Below, piece by piece: positions 1 through 13,237 of a DNA stretch of 64,000 nt. The first letter of the stretch is position 1. Every line of letters starts with the position of its first letter. The notes below the pieces were generated by a model. It was not told the DNA's origin. It worked only from the letters and a program-made list of their open reading frames with translations, and searched no databases. The translations under genes and the position numbers were made by a program. The DNA comes from an uncultured Thermococci archaeon (GTDB taxonomy: Archaea > Methanobacteriota_B > Thermococci > Methanofastidiosales > Methanofastidiosaceae), in contig CAZCMP010000002.1 of the NCBI GenBank assembly GCA_964500005.1, positions 64,934 through 128,933 of the forward strand. The letters are read 5' to 3'.

Positions 1-648
1 AGCGGGTTCTTTGAAAGAGTCTACAGTCTCCAATAATGATGGTCCTGTGTACCATGGGGTCTTGTCAGATTTACCTGCTATGTTGTCTCCGTTAAATGCT
101 GAAGCGGGGATGAACTTTACTTCGTCAGTCTTAAATCCAACTGTCCTTACAAGCTTCTCTACTTCTGCCTTAACTGCGTTAAACTTATCCTCGGCATAGT
201 TTACTGTATCCATCTTATTTATCAATACAGCCAATTGTTGAATACCAAGCGTTCTTGACAAGAAAACGTGTTCCTGTGTCTGTGGCATTATACCATCGTT
301 TACTGCGACTACTAGAACTGCAGCATCTGCCTGAGATGCTCCGGTAATCATGTTCTTAACGAAGTCCCTGTGACCTGGACAGTCCACAATTGTAATGTAT
401 TTTGAATCTGTTTCAAACTTCTTGTGAGAAAGATCAATTGTAACTCCTCTTTCTCTCTCTTCTTTTAAGTTATCCATTACCCAAGCAAACTTAAACGTCT
501 TACCTTTTTCTCCCATTTCTTCGAACTTCTTAATAAGGTCTGCTCTGATATCACCGTGCATAACAAGTAATTGACCTACAGCGGTAGATTTACCGTGATC
601 GACATGGCCGATAAAGGCTACATTCAAGTGTGGTTTTTGAGTTGCCAT
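1..648 (-). CDS. tuf: Translation elongation factor 1-alpha (aEF-1alpha/EF-Tu), 5' portion; gene continues beyond window start
   Basis: Reverse-strand translation from ATG at 646-648 gives [28 protein letters not shown]...DCPGHRDF...NKMD, the GTPase G1-G4 motifs of EF-1alpha. It precedes fusA in the conserved str-like cluster. Not in the ORF track because it is truncated at the window edge. Confidence 0.9.
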   Translation of the reverse strand, partial: MATQKPHLNVAFIGHVDHGKSTAVGQLLVMHGDIRADLIKKFEEMGEKGKTFKFAWVMDNLKEERERGVTIDLSHKKFETDSKYITIVDCPGHRDFVKNMITGASQADAAVLVVAVNDGIMPQTQEHVFLSRTLGIQQLAVLINKMDTVNYAEDKFNAVKAEVEKLVRTVGFKTDEVKFIPASAFNGDNIAGKSDKTPWYTGPSLLETVDSFKEPA

Positions 649-732
649 AATTATTTCCTCCTTTTTTTAATATATTTTTATTATATCTGGTATAATCCTC
701 TAAATTAAATCCATTTTTAAGCTTTTTCCATT

Positions 733-2931
733 TTACATGTTTAAGTAATCTTCAGGTCTTGGAGGTTGCGGTTTTAGACCTTTCCTCTTTCTGATGGACT
801 CAACTGTCTGCATCTGAAGTTCAGTTGGAAGCTTCTGGTAACCTGCATATTCAGTTGACCATAATGCTCTTCCTTCAGTTGCACCTCTTATGTCTCCAGC
901 AAACCCAAACATCTGGGCAACTGGTGCAATAGATACGACTGTTGTAGTGTCTCCTTCCTGCGCAATGTCAACTATCTGTCCTCTTCTAGACTGCATTTCC
1001 CTTGTTACTGCTCCCATGTAATCTTGTGGCGTTGTAATCGTAACTTTCTGTATAGGCTCGTATATTACTGGTCTTGCGTAAAGCATTGCTGCAAATAGAC
1101 CCTCTCTTACGGCGGGTATAACCTGTGCTGGACCTCTATGAATTGAATCTTCGTGAAGCTTACAGTCTACAAGACTTATTTTAAGTTTCATTACTGGCTC
1201 CCTTGAATATGGGCCTCCATCGATTACTTCATGTATTGATTGGATAACAAGTTCGATTACTTCGTTAATGTAAACAATTCCTTTTGTCATGTTAAAGAAT
1301 ATGTTTCCATTGTAAACATCTGCAATACCCTTTACTTCTTCGGTGCTCATTCCAAGTTCTCTTAATTGTGGGCCTAAATCCTTACCTTTAACTCTACCTT
1401 CTGGGATTATTCCTTCTTTTATTGCATTGTAAATATTGTCTTCTAAAGGCTCAACTTGCATGTAGAATCTGTTATGTTTGTTTGGTGATTTACCTTCTAT
1501 GGCCTCAGATTTACCATCAATTGACTCTCTGTAGATAACAATCGGTTGGGAAAGTTTAATATCAATTCCCCTGTCATGAGTAATCCTGTAGCCTACGACT
1601 TCCAAGTGAAGTTCTCCCATACCTGAGAGTAAATATTCTCCACTGTCTTCGTTGATCTTTGCTACTAGCGTTGGGTCTTCCTTTGAAACCTGTCTTAAGA
1701 CTTCAACTAATTTTGCTAAATCTTTGGTGTTCTTTGGTTCTACTGCAACTGTAACTACAGGTTCTGAGTAGTGCTTTATTGCTTCAAAGGGTGTTATTGG
1801 CTCATCACCGGTACATATTGTTTCACCGGCTATTGCTTCTTTTAACCCTGTTACCGCAACGATATTACCGCATGGAACTACTTCCAAGTTTTCCCTGTCT
1901 GCACCCATGAATATTCCAACTTGCTGGACCCTTCTCTTATTCTTTGTAGCTACTATCCATACCTCTTGACCAGTTTTTAGAGTTCCTGAAAATAATCTAC
2001 CTACACAGATTTCTCCTGCATGCGGATCTTGCACAATCTTTGTAACAACCATTCCAAGATGTCCGTTTGGATTGCACTCCAACATATCCTTACCCACAGC
2101 ACTTTCAAGGTCCCCCTTCCAGATCTGAGGGATCCTATACTTCTGTGCAACTAAGGGATTTGGAAGATGTGTAACCATCATATCAAGAAGGATTTCATGT
2201 AAAGGAGATTTTTTAGAAAGCTCCTTTTGTGTGTCATTCATACAGTGCTCAATTATGTCTTTGAATGTTATCCCGCTCTTTTTCATATAAGGGACATTTA
2301 TGGCCCAATTGTAGTAGGCTGAACCAAATGATACGCTGCCCTCTGTAACACTTACCTGCCAGCTATCCTTAAACTCTGGGGGTGCTGCATTTTTAATTAG
2401 TTTGTTTACTTCATTGATAATTTTGACAAATCTATTCTGTAACTCTTCAGGTGAGAGTTGAAGTTCTCTTATTAATCTGTCAACTTTGTTTATGAAAAGT
2501 GTTGGTTTTACTTTTTCTTTTAAGGCTTGTCTTACGACAGTCTCAGTCTGAGGCATCTTACCTTCTACAGCACAGACAACTATGATACATCCATCTATTG
2601 CTCTCATTGCCCTTGTAACGTCTCCTCCAAAGTCAACGTGTCCTGGGGTATCAATTAAGTTAACAAGATAATCTTGACCTTTGTTTTTGTGTACCATTGA
2701 TATGTTGGATGCGTTAATTGTAATTCCCCTTGCCTGCTCCTGCTCATCAAAATCCAAGACAAGCTGTTTTCCGGCGAGATCCTCTGACATTAGACCTGCG
2801 CCAGAAAGAAGGTTATCACTCAATGTGGTTTTACCGTGGTCAATGTGTGCCGCTATTCCAGTATTTCTTATGTGCACTGGATCTTTCATTAATTCCTTAA
2901 CTTTTTTTGCCATCTCTTCTTTTCTGCCCAT
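733..2931 (-). CDS. fusA: Translation elongation factor 2 (aEF-2)
   Basis: 732-aa ORF with [24 protein letters not shown] GTPase motifs and the diphthamide-region loop 'HRGPAQV'. The length is typical of archaeal EF-2. Confidence 0.95.
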   Translation of the reverse strand: MGRKEEMAKKVKELMKDPVHIRNTGIAAHIDHGKTTLSDNLLSGAGLMSEDLAGKQLVLDFDEQEQARGITINASNISMVHKNKGQDYLVNLIDTPGHVDFGGDVTRAMRAIDGCIIVVCAVEGKMPQTETVVRQALKEKVKPTLFINKVDRLIRELQLSPEELQNRFVKIINEVNKLIKNAAPPEFKDSWQVSVTEGSVSFGSAYYNWAINVPYMKKSGITFKDIIEHCMNDTQKELSKKSPLHEILLDMMVTHLPNPLVAQKYRIPQIWKGDLESAVGKDMLECNPNGHLGMVVTKIVQDPHAGEICVGRLFSGTLKTGQEVWIVATKNKRRVQQVGIFMGADRENLEVVPCGNIVAVTGLKEAIAGETICTGDEPITPFEAIKHYSEPVVTVAVEPKNTKDLAKLVEVLRQVSKEDPTLVAKINEDSGEYLLSGMGELHLEVVGYRITHDRGIDIKLSQPIVIYRESIDGKSEAIEGKSPNKHNRFYMQVEPLEDNIYNAIKEGIIPEGRVKGKDLGPQLRELGMSTEEVKGIADVYNGNIFFNMTKGIVYINEVIELVIQSIHEVIDGGPYSREPVMKLKISLVDCKLHEDSIHRGPAQVIPAVREGLFAAMLYARPVIYEPIQKVTITTPQDYMGAVTREMQSRRGQIVDIAQEGDTTTVVSIAPVAQMFGFAGDIRGATEGRALWSTEYAGYQKLPTELQMQTVESIRKRKGLKPQPPRPEDYLNM

Positions 2932-2951
2932 AATGAATCACCACAGTCAAA

Positions 2952-3587
2952 TTATCTGGCTGACTTTGCAATCCTCTCTATTTCTTCCTTCTTGTTAACA
3001 GAAAAGCTTGCCATTTCTCCCTTTGAAGCAAGAATAATTTCTTCAGCCAATGTTTCGTGGAACTTCTTCTTGGTCTTAAAGGTCTTAAGGCTTGCACCAA
3101 GCGCTATATTCCTAAGCGCCATGTCAAGTCTTCTCTGTGACCCTGTATCTACGGAAAGATGGTACTTAATTCCTCCGTAAGAAAGTGTTGTTACCTCTTC
3201 TCTTGGCCCTGCATATTCAAGTGCTTTAATCAGTACTTCCAAAGGATTCTGTTTCGTTTTTTTGTTAATATCTTCAAAAGCAAGTTTTAATGTTTTGTAG
3301 GTGGCCTGTTTCTTACCTGTATACCCCCCGTGTCTTCTCAAGAATCTTCCACCCGTCTTTCTTCCTGCAGAGCCAGACCTCATCATCTTATTTCCTAGTC
3401 TTTCAACGATATTGATTTTGTTTTTCCAAAACCTTCTCTTTTGGTGTCTTCCTGCAGTATGAGGAACTACGACAGGGGTAAGATTAACATAACTTTTTAT
3501 TCCCAAATCTTCAACGGCAATATCCGTATCCCACTTGCCGAATACTTTAAGATTATCGGGAACATAAAATCTTTCTTTTACATCCAT
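2952..3587 (-). CDS. rps7: 30S ribosomal protein S7
   Basis: 211-aa basic protein immediately downstream of rps12. It has the conserved archaeal str-cluster position and S7-like composition. Confidence 0.85.
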   Translation of the reverse strand: MDVKERFYVPDNLKVFGKWDTDIAVEDLGIKSYVNLTPVVVPHTAGRHQKRRFWKNKINIVERLGNKMMRSGSAGRKTGGRFLRRHGGYTGKKQATYKTLKLAFEDINKKTKQNPLEVLIKALEYAGPREEVTTLSYGGIKYHLSVDTGSQRRLDMALRNIALGASLKTFKTKKKFHETLAEEIILASKGEMASFSVNKKEEIERIAKSAR

Positions 3588-3592
3588 AATAT

Positions 3593-4027
3593 CTACCTTA
3601 CCGGTTTCTCTTTCCTTCCTTTAACCATCTCATTTAATGAAACTCTATTTACCTTAACTACTTTAAATCTGACTCCAGGGATATCTCCCATTGATCCACC
3701 CTGTCTGCCCCCAATTCCTTCAATTACGACCTCATCGTGCTCGTCAATGAAGTTTATGGCTCCATCCCCTGGACAAAATGCTGTTATCTGCCTACCGTTT
3801 TTAATAAGCTGAACTCTAATGCATTTTCTAAGGGCAGAGTTAGGCTGTTTAGCTTCAATAGGGACCTTCTCAAGTACAATCCCTCTAGCCTGTGGGCTAC
3901 CCTCTAAAGGATCAGATTTAATCTTAAGGTTTAGCTCTTGAACCTTGTAAGCTTTATCTTTCCATCTAAACTTTTTTCTAATTCCTTCAATTTTTCTCGC
4001 AGCGTTTCTCCCTTGTGGTTTGCTCAT
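3593..4027 (-). CDS. rps12: 30S ribosomal protein S12
   Basis: 144 aa with the S12 signature [13 protein letters not shown]...[14 protein letters not shown]...[10 protein letters not shown]. It ends with a TAG stop. Confidence 0.9.
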   Translation of the reverse strand: MSKPQGRNAARKIEGIRKKFRWKDKAYKVQELNLKIKSDPLEGSPQARGIVLEKVPIEAKQPNSALRKCIRVQLIKNGRQITAFCPGDGAINFIDEHDEVVIEGIGGRQGGSMGDIPGVRFKVVKVNRVSLNEMVKGRKEKPVR

Positions 4028-4038
4028 ATTTACAACCT

Positions 4039-4470
4039 CTACATGATCATTATATCGTCAAGATTATGATGTCTCTTTAATAGGTTTTTGATTCGGTCTA
4101 TATTTTTTCCTTCTTTTCCTATTACAAGACCCTTATCTTTCTTATTAATATCAAGAACGGCTATCTTCTTGCCATCTTTTCTCTCAGAAACATGAATACT
4201 TTTAACTTTAACAGGCCAGATAATATTCTTAATAAACTTAATAGGATCTTCTGAATACTCGATTATATCAATTGGTTTATTCAGAGTTTCTTTTACTCTC
4301 TGAGCATTTGCACCATTCTTACCAATGGCAAGGCCCATATCGCCTTCTTTAACAACATAGACAATTTTATTTTTATTGTCTTCAAAAATACAATCCTTAA
4401 CAGTTGCACCAGTCATGCTTTCAAAAAGTCCAATGTACTTTATTTCGTCCGTTGAAATCTTAATTCCCAT
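4039..4470 (-). CDS. nusA: Archaeal NusA-like transcription termination/antitermination protein (two KH domains)
   Basis: 143 aa with KH-domain GxxG motifs ([16 protein letters not shown]). Its position between rpl30e and rps12 is canonical in archaea. TAG stop. Confidence 0.85.
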   Translation of the reverse strand: MGIKISTDEIKYIGLFESMTGATVKDCIFEDNKNKIVYVVKEGDMGLAIGKNGANAQRVKETLNKPIDIIEYSEDPIKFIKNIIWPVKVKSIHVSERKDGKKIAVLDINKKDKGLVIGKEGKNIDRIKNLLKRHHNLDDIMIM

Positions 4471-4768
4471 AAACCTTACCTCCAGAAAGTATGTTGGACT
4501 CTCCGGGAGACATGACTGCTATTACTGAAACAAGGAATGGTTTACCACAAACTGTACCAAGCTCCAGTGATGTACCACCAAACTCTAAAATGGGTATGCT
4601 TGATATCTTGGAATAATATAAAATATCCTCTTTTATTTTTTTAGGACAGTTTTGAGTATAGATAATCATCTTAGCGTTACCCGTCTTAAGAGAATTAATG
4701 GATTTGTTAGTTCCAAGTATTACCTTTCCGGTATCTACTGTTCTTTTTATTTCTCTATTTACGTCCAT
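4460..4768 (-). CDS. rpl30e: 50S ribosomal protein L30e
   Basis: 102 aa. The conserved rpoA''-L30e-nusA arrangement and an L7Ae/L30e-family fold signature (GKVILGTNKSINSLKTGNAKMIIY) support the call. Confidence 0.85.
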   Translation of the reverse strand: MDVNREIKRTVDTGKVILGTNKSINSLKTGNAKMIIYTQNCPKKIKEDILYYSKISSIPILEFGGTSLELGTVCGKPFLVSVIAVMSPGESNILSGGKVYGN

Positions 4769-4779
4769 TGAATAACCTC

Positions 4780-5946
<1,167 letters not shown>

Positions 5947-8601
5947 TCATGACTTCCTCGTCGCTAATGTTTTATGAACTATCCAGTCTATATCTACGGC
6001 TTCTCCGTATGAGCTCCTTGATGGATCAACACCATCTTCACCGTATTCAAACTGAATAATATTATTACTGTTATCTCTTACACTTCTATCCTTCTCAACC
6101 TTTAAATCCTGCAAAGCGTTGATTAATCTTCTCTGCATGTAACCTGACTGTGCAGTTCTAACTGCAGTATCGACAAGACCCTCTCTTCCCCCCATTGAAT
6201 GGAAGAAAAACTCTGTGGGTGAAAGTCCTTTTCTATAACTTGAACTGACAAATCCTCTTGCTTTTGCAGAACGGTCACCACGCTTAAAGTGTGGCAAGCT
6301 TCTTTCTTGATACCCTCTATGAAGTCTCTTTCCTCTCACTGTCATCTGCCCTAAACATGCGGCCATCTGAGTTAAATCTAACATGTTTCCTTTTGCACCG
6401 GTCTTTGCCATTATTACTGCATGCCTCTTCATTCCAAGGTACTGCTCTGCTGCCCCACCAGCATTATCTCTTGCCTTTGCAAGTTCTGCCATAATTCTGT
6501 TTTCCAGAGTATCTTCCAAAGTTTGACCTGGCTGCTTTTCTAGTTCTCCCCTGTTGTAAGCATCAATATTTTCCATGACCTTAGTGTGGGCATTTTCTAA
6601 TATTTCATCAATTCTTTCAAGGCCTTCTTCTGGTATGTCAACATCGTCTATACCTGTTGTAAGCCCTACTTTCATTATGACTGAGATGATAAGTTTTGTT
6701 ACAGAATCCAAGAATTCTCTTCCTTCATCAGAGCCATAATCTTTCACTATCTTATCCAAGAGCTTGCAACTTGATCTAGCCTTAAATGCCGCTCCATCGA
6801 TTACTCCCTTTAGAAGCTTTCCTTCTTTAATCACGACATAATTATCATATTTGCAGTTGGCAAATTCGCATTTTTCACATTTTCTGCATGTCTTTGATTT
6901 GAACTCGACACTCAAATCCTTTGGAAGTAGAACTTCAAAAAGTTCTTTGCCTGTCCATAGCTTCGACCTATCATTGAAAGCCTCAACACCTACTTTCTTC
7001 TTAAGGATATCTGATTCGTAAAAGCTCTCTTCAACCTCTTCAGTTGAAAATTCTGAGCCATCTTTTGTCATAAGGTATGCGCCTGAAATATAATCTTGCA
7101 TTCCTCCAATAACAGGCTCTCCGAACCTTGGTGAAATAATATTCTCCTGAACCTTCATTATTATGCCAGCTTCACTTCTTGCCTCTTCCGTCTGTGGAAG
7201 GTGCAAATTCATTTCATCCCCATCAAAGTCTGCGTTATAGGGCGGACAAACACAAAGATTTAGTCTAAAAGTTTTATATGGCATGACTCTTACTTCATGA
7301 GCCATTATAGAAAGTCTATGGAGAGAAGGTTGCCTGTTGAACAAAACAATGTCCCCATCTTTTAGCTGCCTTTCAACTGTAAACCCAACTTCTAGTTCTT
7401 CAGCGACATCATCTTTTGTAGTCTCAGTTATCTTTTTTCTTCTTCCATCGTTTCTAATTATATAATTTGCACCTGGATGTTTGTTTGGCCCGTTTCTGAC
7501 AATCTTTCGCATTTCTTCCAAATTATAAGCGGTGACTTTTTCAGGGACCGTTAATTCTGATGCAACGAAATCGGGGACTCCAACTTCGTTTATACTAATA
7601 AAAGGATCTGGTGAAACTACAGTTCTTGCAGAAAAGTCGACCCTCTTACCTGAAAGATTTGATCTGAACCTGCCTTCTTTTCCAGATAATCTCTGGGATA
7701 TAGTTTTCAATATTCTGCCTGATCTGTGTCTTGCAGGAGGGACTCCTGAAGTACTATTATTAAAGTAAGTTGTCACATGATACTGTAAAAGCTCCCATAA
7801 ATCTTCAACAATTAGCTGTGGCGCTCCAGCGTCTATATTTTCTCTCAATCTCTGATTAATTCTAATTATATCCACAAGCTTGTGTGTTAAATCATCTTCA
7901 CTTCTTACACTTGATTCAAGGGTGATAGAAGGTCTAACTGTGACTGGAGGAACTGGCAATACTGTTAGAACCATCCATTCAGGTTTTGAAACGTCTTTGT
8001 TTACGCCAATCAAATCATAATCTTCAAGAGGTATTTTCTCTAGACGTTCTCTAACGTCAATAGGTGTTAATTTGTTTCTTTCTTCTCCCCACTCTTCATA
8101 AAATGTATATGGTTTTTCAAACTTTATCGTTCTCTTATCACTGCCGCACCAAGGACATGTACTTTTTGCTGCCTTGTCCATTGCTTCTTTTACAACAATT
8201 TCTCTACTTTTCAGCCTGTCAGTTGCTTTCAAGAGTTGCTCAAGGTAATGTTCTCTTTGTGACAAGTCAAGTTTGAGCTTTCCACAATCTCTGCATACGG
8301 ATTTCAAAATCTTGTGCACATCTTTGGCATGACCCACATGGATTACGGGTCTTGCAAGTTCTATGTGCCCAAAGTGTCCAGGGCAATCCCCAAATTTCTG
8401 ACCACATGTCTTACATTTTAATCCAGGATCAATTACGCCCAGCCTTTGATCCATTAGACCTTTTTCTATAGGGTAACCATCATCATCATATGTATCTGCA
8501 GTAATTACTCTTAATACCGACATCTTTCTGACATCTTCAGGGGACAATATTCCAAATTGAATTGTGTCTATTACTTTTGGTACTTTGAACATAATGATCA
8601 C
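5947..8601 (-). CDS. rpoA1: DNA-directed RNA polymerase subunit A'
   Basis: 884 aa with the Zn-binding N-terminus ([20 protein letters not shown]) and the catalytic [10 protein letters not shown] motif. Confidence 0.95.
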   Translation of the reverse strand: MIIMFKVPKVIDTIQFGILSPEDVRKMSVLRVITADTYDDDGYPIEKGLMDQRLGVIDPGLKCKTCGQKFGDCPGHFGHIELARPVIHVGHAKDVHKILKSVCRDCGKLKLDLSQREHYLEQLLKATDRLKSREIVVKEAMDKAAKSTCPWCGSDKRTIKFEKPYTFYEEWGEERNKLTPIDVRERLEKIPLEDYDLIGVNKDVSKPEWMVLTVLPVPPVTVRPSITLESSVRSEDDLTHKLVDIIRINQRLRENIDAGAPQLIVEDLWELLQYHVTTYFNNSTSGVPPARHRSGRILKTISQRLSGKEGRFRSNLSGKRVDFSARTVVSPDPFISINEVGVPDFVASELTVPEKVTAYNLEEMRKIVRNGPNKHPGANYIIRNDGRRKKITETTKDDVAEELEVGFTVERQLKDGDIVLFNRQPSLHRLSIMAHEVRVMPYKTFRLNLCVCPPYNADFDGDEMNLHLPQTEEARSEAGIIMKVQENIISPRFGEPVIGGMQDYISGAYLMTKDGSEFSTEEVEESFYESDILKKKVGVEAFNDRSKLWTGKELFEVLLPKDLSVEFKSKTCRKCEKCEFANCKYDNYVVIKEGKLLKGVIDGAAFKARSSCKLLDKIVKDYGSDEGREFLDSVTKLIISVIMKVGLTTGIDDVDIPEEGLERIDEILENAHTKVMENIDAYNRGELEKQPGQTLEDTLENRIMAELAKARDNAGGAAEQYLGMKRHAVIMAKTGAKGNMLDLTQMAACLGQMTVRGKRLHRGYQERSLPHFKRGDRSAKARGFVSSSYRKGLSPTEFFFHSMGGREGLVDTAVRTAQSGYMQRRLINALQDLKVEKDRSVRDNSNNIIQFEYGEDGVDPSRSSYGEAVDIDWIVHKTLATRKS

Positions 8602-11600
8602 GCCCTATCCCTAAGTTTTAATTTTGGATCTAAACACATCGATTTTAACTCCTCAAGCAAGAGCTTGAAAGCATAAGACATCTCTACGGGATAAATATCA
8701 GTTTCTTCTTCACATATTGGGCAGTACTCTCTATTTCTGAGTTTATCATAAACTGCCAAGGATCCGCATTTTCCACAAATGAGAATATCGGCTTTATCTG
8801 AAGCTTCAAGTAACCTTTCTTTCAATAGTAAACTTGTTCCGTGACCAACTAAACAGTCTCTCTCCATCTCACCAAATCTAAGACCTCCTTCTCTGGCTTT
8901 GCCTTCAGTTGGCTGTCTTGTGAGCATTTGTCTTGGACCACGGGATCTTGCATGGATCTTATCTGCAACCATATGGTGTAACTTCTGGTAGTAACAAACT
9001 CCAACAAATATATCTGCTTCAATTACTTCTCCAGTTATTCCGTTGTACAATCTTTCTCTTCCAGTGTTCTTGAATCCAAAGTCTTGAAGTATTTGCCTTA
9101 TATCTACTTCTTTTTCCCCAGAGAACAATGTTGCATCAACTGTCTTTGCTTTTAGTGAGCCTGCTTTGCCTCCAATCATTTCCAATATCTGGCCTACTGT
9201 TTTTCTTGAAGGTATAGCATGTGGATTAATTATAAGGTCAGGTGTTATTCCGTACTCGTTAAACGGCATGTCTTTCTGCGGGCATAAAAGTCCCAAAACT
9301 CCCTTTTGACCGTGCCTTGATGCAAACTTGTCACCAAGCTCAGGTATTCTTTCATCTCTGGCTTTTATTTTAACAAGTTTATTTCCGTCCTCAGTTTCAC
9401 TCAACAATACTAAGTCGATTATTCCTTTTTCTGAAGGCCTAACACCAATCGAAGTTTCTCTTCTACCTTCAATGGCAGTTCCAAACTCATCAAGTTCCTC
9501 TAAGAATCTTGGCGGGCTAGTCCTTCCGATTAATACGTCCCCACCTTTTACTCTAGACTCTGGTCTTATGAATCCATCAATGTCAAGATTTTCATAAGCG
9601 TCTGGTCCTCTGTACCCACTTACTGATTCTTCAGGGACCTCAAACTTATCCTGTTGACCTCCGGGGTATCTTCTCTCATCTGAGTCATAGGTTCTAAAGA
9701 ATGTAGTTCTTCCAAGGCCTCTATCCACAGAGCTCTTGTTAATAATAAGTGCGTCTTCAATATTGTATCCTAAATAAGAAAGAACAGCGACTACAAAGTT
9801 TTGCCCTGCAGGTCTGTTATTAAATCCGACTGCGTCCATAACTTTAGTTTTTACAATTGGCATCTGAGGATAGTACATCAAATGCCCTCTTGTTTCAACT
9901 TTTAGTTTGAAATTAGATTGTGAGAATCCAAGACTCTGTTTTCCCATACCAGCTCCATATGAGTTTCTTGGCGCAGCATTATGCTCTGCAAACGGAACAA
10001 TCGATGCACAAACTCCAAGAATTGATGGAGAATAAATTTCTAGATGTGTATGTTCTGGGGTTAAATCTTCCTCAGAAAGGGCAATGAGGGTATTTTCTTC
10101 TTCTTCTGCGTCTAAATACTCAATAACACCCTCGACCACAAGATCTGACCATCCTTTTGACCTTCTTTCAATAGCCTTTACGTGTTCTGAAGTCAAAAGC
10201 GGCTTACCTTCTTCTACGATAATAAGGGGCCTTCTAACTCTTCCAGGGTCACAGTTGATATGAATCTCATTTGTCATCTCGTAGTAAACAATGTTTGCTT
10301 CGTTATCAATCTTACCTTTTCTTCTATCTTTTCTTACAGTTTGAGTAAATGAGTTTCCATCTTTTACAAACCCAATTAAATTACCGTTTAGATAAACATA
10401 AGTCATTACTTTAAGCCCTGCCACATCTGTAATCTGCTCTAGTCCTAAAGAAAATAAATAGTTCTGGATGTCAAGTTCGTTTGAACCTATTGAAATATAG
10501 GACATCAAAGCCATGTTTTTTACAAGACCACAATTTGGACCTTCGGGCGTTTCGCTTGGACATATCCTTCCCCAGTGTGTTGGGTGAAGATCCCTGGCTT
10601 CAAAGTGAGGCTGTGTTCTTGAAAGCGGTGAAAGAACTCTTCTTAAATGAGAGAATCTTGACATGAAGTTTGTATCGTCCATAAGCTGACTGATACCCAT
10701 TCTGCCTCCAGGCCATGTTCCAGTTGCCATGGCGTACCTTATTCTTTCTGTCAAAACGTCAGCCCTGACTGACTTCTTTACGAAGTCACCCTCATTTCCT
10801 TCTTCAAACCTGCCCCTAGCATAAGTTCTTTCGAGCTGATATTTTATATCCCTTGTAAGTTGAACAAATGATAATCTGAATAAATTTTCTAAAAGATCAC
10901 CGGCTAACTTTAATCTCTTGTTTGCATAATGGTCCTTGTCATCTGACTCTCTCTTACCAAGTGAAAGTTCAATTACCCTATTTGCCATTATACCAAGGTA
11001 GTAAGCCTTTCTCAACCTGTCTGTTTCTTCAGTACCTATATGGGGTAAAAGATATTTGTCAAGGGCCATCTCTGCTCTTTTTAACCTGTATTCTTTCTGC
11101 TGCCCCATTGCTAGTCTCTTACCAAGATAATCCAACGCGAGTTCCTTATCTGTAATGTCCATTGACTCTTCTAAGTTATCCAAAAGTTCTTTCTGGATAT
11201 CCTTTTCAGAAGATACTGCGTTGACTATGTCAATATCCTTCTCAAGACCTAGTGACTTCATTAAAGTTACAAATGGCATCTTTCCAGGAAGTGATGGGAA
11301 GGAAACTCTAAGGAGTCCATCTTTCTTTCTCTCAACTGTTACCAATGCCCTAAATCCACTTCTCGTTGAGAATACTTTTGCAATGGCAACTTGCAATCTT
11401 TCGTCAATTTCAACTAATATCCTATTTGGCGCCAAATCTTCAATAGCAACTACTACTCTTTCTGCACCATTAATTATGAAATATCCACCTGGGTCTCTTG
11501 GATCTTCCCCTTTAGTAATTAATTCTTCCCTTCCTAATCCGTGAAGACTACAAGCATTTGATTTTAACATTATAGGAAGCTTACCAATCTCTACCTCTAC

Positions 11601-11912
11601 AGGCTCTCTTTCCTTTTCTTCTATAACAGGTATGAATTCAAGATAAAGGGGAACAACATAGGAAAGACTTCTAAGCCTTGCTTCTTGGGGGAAAAAATCT
11701 CTCTTGGAACCATCTGCTTCCTTATATACGGGCTCACCGGCCCTTATCTTACCAAATTTAACATAAAAACCTTCAATGTCAGTTTCAATCTTAGCCTGTT
11801 CATCTATTACGTCCTGAAGTCTTTTTCCAACAAAATCATTAAAAGAATCAAGATGCTGCCTTACAAAACCTTTTTCATTAAAAAATGATTCAATAACTAC
11901 CCATCTATCCAA
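8598..11912 (-). CDS. rpoB: DNA-directed RNA polymerase subunit B, unsplit (B''+B' fused)
   Basis: A single 1104-aa ORF. The N-terminus ([27 protein letters not shown]) matches the subunit B'' N-terminus. The C-terminus carries the B' Zn ribbon ([22 protein letters not shown]). Its start overlaps the rpoA' end by 4 nt. Confidence 0.9.
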   Translation of the reverse strand: MDRWVVIESFFNEKGFVRQHLDSFNDFVGKRLQDVIDEQAKIETDIEGFYVKFGKIRAGEPVYKEADGSKRDFFPQEARLRSLSYVVPLYLEFIPVIEEKEREPVEVEIGKLPIMLKSNACSLHGLGREELITKGEDPRDPGGYFIINGAERVVVAIEDLAPNRILVEIDERLQVAIAKVFSTRSGFRALVTVERKKDGLLRVSFPSLPGKMPFVTLMKSLGLEKDIDIVNAVSSEKDIQKELLDNLEESMDITDKELALDYLGKRLAMGQQKEYRLKRAEMALDKYLLPHIGTEETDRLRKAYYLGIMANRVIELSLGKRESDDKDHYANKRLKLAGDLLENLFRLSFVQLTRDIKYQLERTYARGRFEEGNEGDFVKKSVRADVLTERIRYAMATGTWPGGRMGISQLMDDTNFMSRFSHLRRVLSPLSRTQPHFEARDLHPTHWGRICPSETPEGPNCGLVKNMALMSYISIGSNELDIQNYLFSLGLEQITDVAGLKVMTYVYLNGNLIGFVKDGNSFTQTVRKDRRKGKIDNEANIVYYEMTNEIHINCDPGRVRRPLIIVEEGKPLLTSEHVKAIERRSKGWSDLVVEGVIEYLDAEEEENTLIALSEEDLTPEHTHLEIYSPSILGVCASIVPFAEHNAAPRNSYGAGMGKQSLGFSQSNFKLKVETRGHLMYYPQMPIVKTKVMDAVGFNNRPAGQNFVVAVLSYLGYNIEDALIINKSSVDRGLGRTTFFRTYDSDERRYPGGQQDKFEVPEESVSGYRGPDAYENLDIDGFIRPESRVKGGDVLIGRTSPPRFLEELDEFGTAIEGRRETSIGVRPSEKGIIDLVLLSETEDGNKLVKIKARDERIPELGDKFASRHGQKGVLGLLCPQKDMPFNEYGITPDLIINPHAIPSRKTVGQILEMIGGKAGSLKAKTVDATLFSGEKEVDIRQILQDFGFKNTGRERLYNGITGEVIEADIFVGVCYYQKLHHMVADKIHARSRGPRQMLTRQPTEGKAREGGLRFGEMERDCLVGHGTSLLLKERLLEASDKADILICGKCGSLAVYDKLRNREYCPICEEETDIYPVEMSYAFKLLLEELKSMCLDPKLKLRDRA

Positions 11913-11924
11913 CTAATATCACCT

Positions 11925-12236
11925 CTATTCCTCCGCGGGTTCATCTTCAACTATTTCATCAACTAACTCTTCTTCCAATCCTTGTTTTGTGTCCTCGCCA
12001 ATGACATATCTATAGAAAACACTCTTACCTGCGGGAGACTGGGATCTTATAATTTTTATTATGTCTCCAGATTTTGCCCCAATAATCTTTACAACAGGAT
12101 CTGTTTCTAAAATCAGGGGAAGCTTATCATATGTAATATTAAATTTCTGTAGAAGCTCATTGGATTCTTCTTCTGTAAGAATAGTATGCTCAGGAACAAA
12201 TTCATTATCCAATATATTAATTTTCTTTTTCGTCAT
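11925..12236 (-). CDS. rpoH: DNA-directed RNA polymerase subunit H (Rpb5 homolog) with acidic C-terminal tail
   Basis: 103 aa. The core LPLILETDPVVKIIGAKSGDIIKIIRSQSPAGKSVFYRYV is RpoH-like. It sits directly upstream of rpoB as in all archaea. TAG stop. Confidence 0.8.
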   Translation of the reverse strand: MTKKKINILDNEFVPEHTILTEEESNELLQKFNITYDKLPLILETDPVVKIIGAKSGDIIKIIRSQSPAGKSVFYRYVIGEDTKQGLEEELVDEIVEDEPAEE

Positions 12237-12255
12237 TATAACCTCTCCTTGGATA

Positions 12256-12333
12256 TGGCGGGCTCGAGGGGATTTGAACCCCCGACTCCCGGCTTAAAAG
12301 GCCGGTGCTCTAGCCAGACTGAGCTACGAGCCC
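12256..12333 (-). tRNA. tRNA-Lys (anticodon UUU), CCA encoded
   Basis: The reverse complement reads GGGCUCGUAGCUCAGUCUGGCUAGAGCACCGGCCUUUUAAGCCGGGAGUCGGGGGUUCAAAUCCCCUCGAGCCCGCCA. It has a 7-bp acceptor stem, an anticodon stem CCGGC/GCCGG with loop CUUUUAA, and a GGUUCAAAUCC T-arm. Confidence 0.85.
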
Positions 12334-12509
12334 GTGTAAAAGGAGTTTTTTTCACAAAAAGCCTCTTCAGGGTGCAGATTTCAGTTTTTGGAATTGAAAA
12401 TGGAGTGCTATTTAAGCTTTTCGGTGACTTCCTGAAGACGCTTACAAGAATTTTATCACCTTATTTTCATATTGATGGCCAACAGCCTTATTATTATTTA
12501 TGATTATTA

Positions 12510-12587
12510 TGGCGCCCGAGTCGGGATTTGAACCCGAGTCACAAGAGTGACAGTCTTGGATGATGGGCCGGGCTACACCACTCGGGC
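12510..12587 (-). tRNA. tRNA-Asp (anticodon GUC), CCA encoded
   Basis: The reverse complement reads GCCCGAGUGGUGUAGCCCGGCCCAUCAUCCAAGACUGUCACUCUUGUGACUCGGGUUCAAAUCCCGACUCGGGCGCCA. The acceptor stem is GCCCGAG/CUCGGGC, the anticodon loop is CUGUCAC, and the T-arm is UCGGGUUCAAAUCCCGA. Confidence 0.85.
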
Positions 12588-12693
12588 ATAATAATGCAAA
12601 TTCCTCAATATAAAATGCATATTTAAGCCTTTCCTTTCTCATTCACAGAAACTCTTTTAAGAGATTTCTAATTAAGTTTGTAAAGGTGATTTA

Positions 12694-13170
12694 GTGAATC
12701 CAAAGGTAATGACTCAAAGTAAAAATATTTCAAAAGAAAAAGATGCTAGGGGTTTCTCTTTAGGAGAATTACGAGAAGCAAATATTCCTGTTAATCGCGC
12801 AAAGTCTCTTGGTATAATTTTGGATTTTAGAAGGCGCACGGTTCGTGAGGGTAATGTAGCTCTTCTAAAAGGTATGCTTAATAAAAATGTAGAAGCCAAA
12901 AAGCAGAGAAAGGCCGATTCTAAAAAACAGACTAAAGAAGTTAAAGAAAAGAAGGCTGAGAAACCCAAGAAGAAAGCAGCGCCAAAGAAAGAAGAAGTTA
13001 AGGCTGAAGTAAAGACTGAGAAAGCAAAGAAGACAACTACAAAGAAAGCGGCTCCAAAGAAGAAAGCATCTGAAGCAAAGAAAACTGAAGCTCCTAAGGA
13101 AGTAAAGACTGAGAAAGCAAAGAAGACAACTTCTAAAAAGACCACAACTAAAAAGGCAAAGAAAGAGTAA
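12694..13170 (+). CDS. rpl13e: 50S ribosomal protein L13e with Lys/Ala-rich C-terminal extension
   Basis: The N-terminal 60 aa (ARGFSLGELREANIPVNRAKSLGIILDFRRRTVRE) match the L13e family signature (eukaryotic RPL13: GRGFSLEEL..AGI...A..IGI.VD.RRR). It is followed by about 90 aa of KKAAPKK/KTEKAKKTT repeats. GTG start 5 nt after a GGTGA RBS, or ATG at 12709. Confidence 0.7.
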   Translation: MNPKVMTQSKNISKEKDARGFSLGELREANIPVNRAKSLGIILDFRRRTVREGNVALLKGMLNKNVEAKKQRKADSKKQTKEVKEKKAEKPKKKAAPKKEEVKAEVKTEKAKKTTTKKAAPKKKASEAKKTEAPKEVKTEKAKKTTSKKTTTKKAKKE

Positions 13171-13198
13171 TTTCTATTTTAATCAAACAAAAGATTTG

Positions 13199-13237
13199 AT
13201 AGAGGTTCGTAATCCGACCCTCTATATTATTTTTAAT
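13199..13237. terminator. Hairpin plus T-tract between convergent rpl13e and tfs (putative bidirectional terminator)
   Basis: A 7-bp stem ATAGAGG/CCTCTAT (13199-13205 / 13219-13225) closes a 13-nt loop. It is followed by TATTATTTTTAAT on the plus strand and a T-rich tract on the minus strand. Confidence 0.35.

Noticed and set aside
11-199. 62-aa plus-strand ORF at window start
   Set aside because: Antisense to the EF-1alpha coding region.
5947-11912. Inteins or a split rpoB or rpoA
   Set aside because: The RNAP subunit ORF lengths (884, 385, 1104 aa) match intein-free proteins. rpoB is a single continuous frame.
12334-12509. Possible third tRNA or sRNA between tRNA-Lys and tRNA-Asp
   Set aside because: No cloverleaf-compatible acceptor or T-arm pairing was found. 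This is probably spacer and promoter sequence for the tRNA genes.
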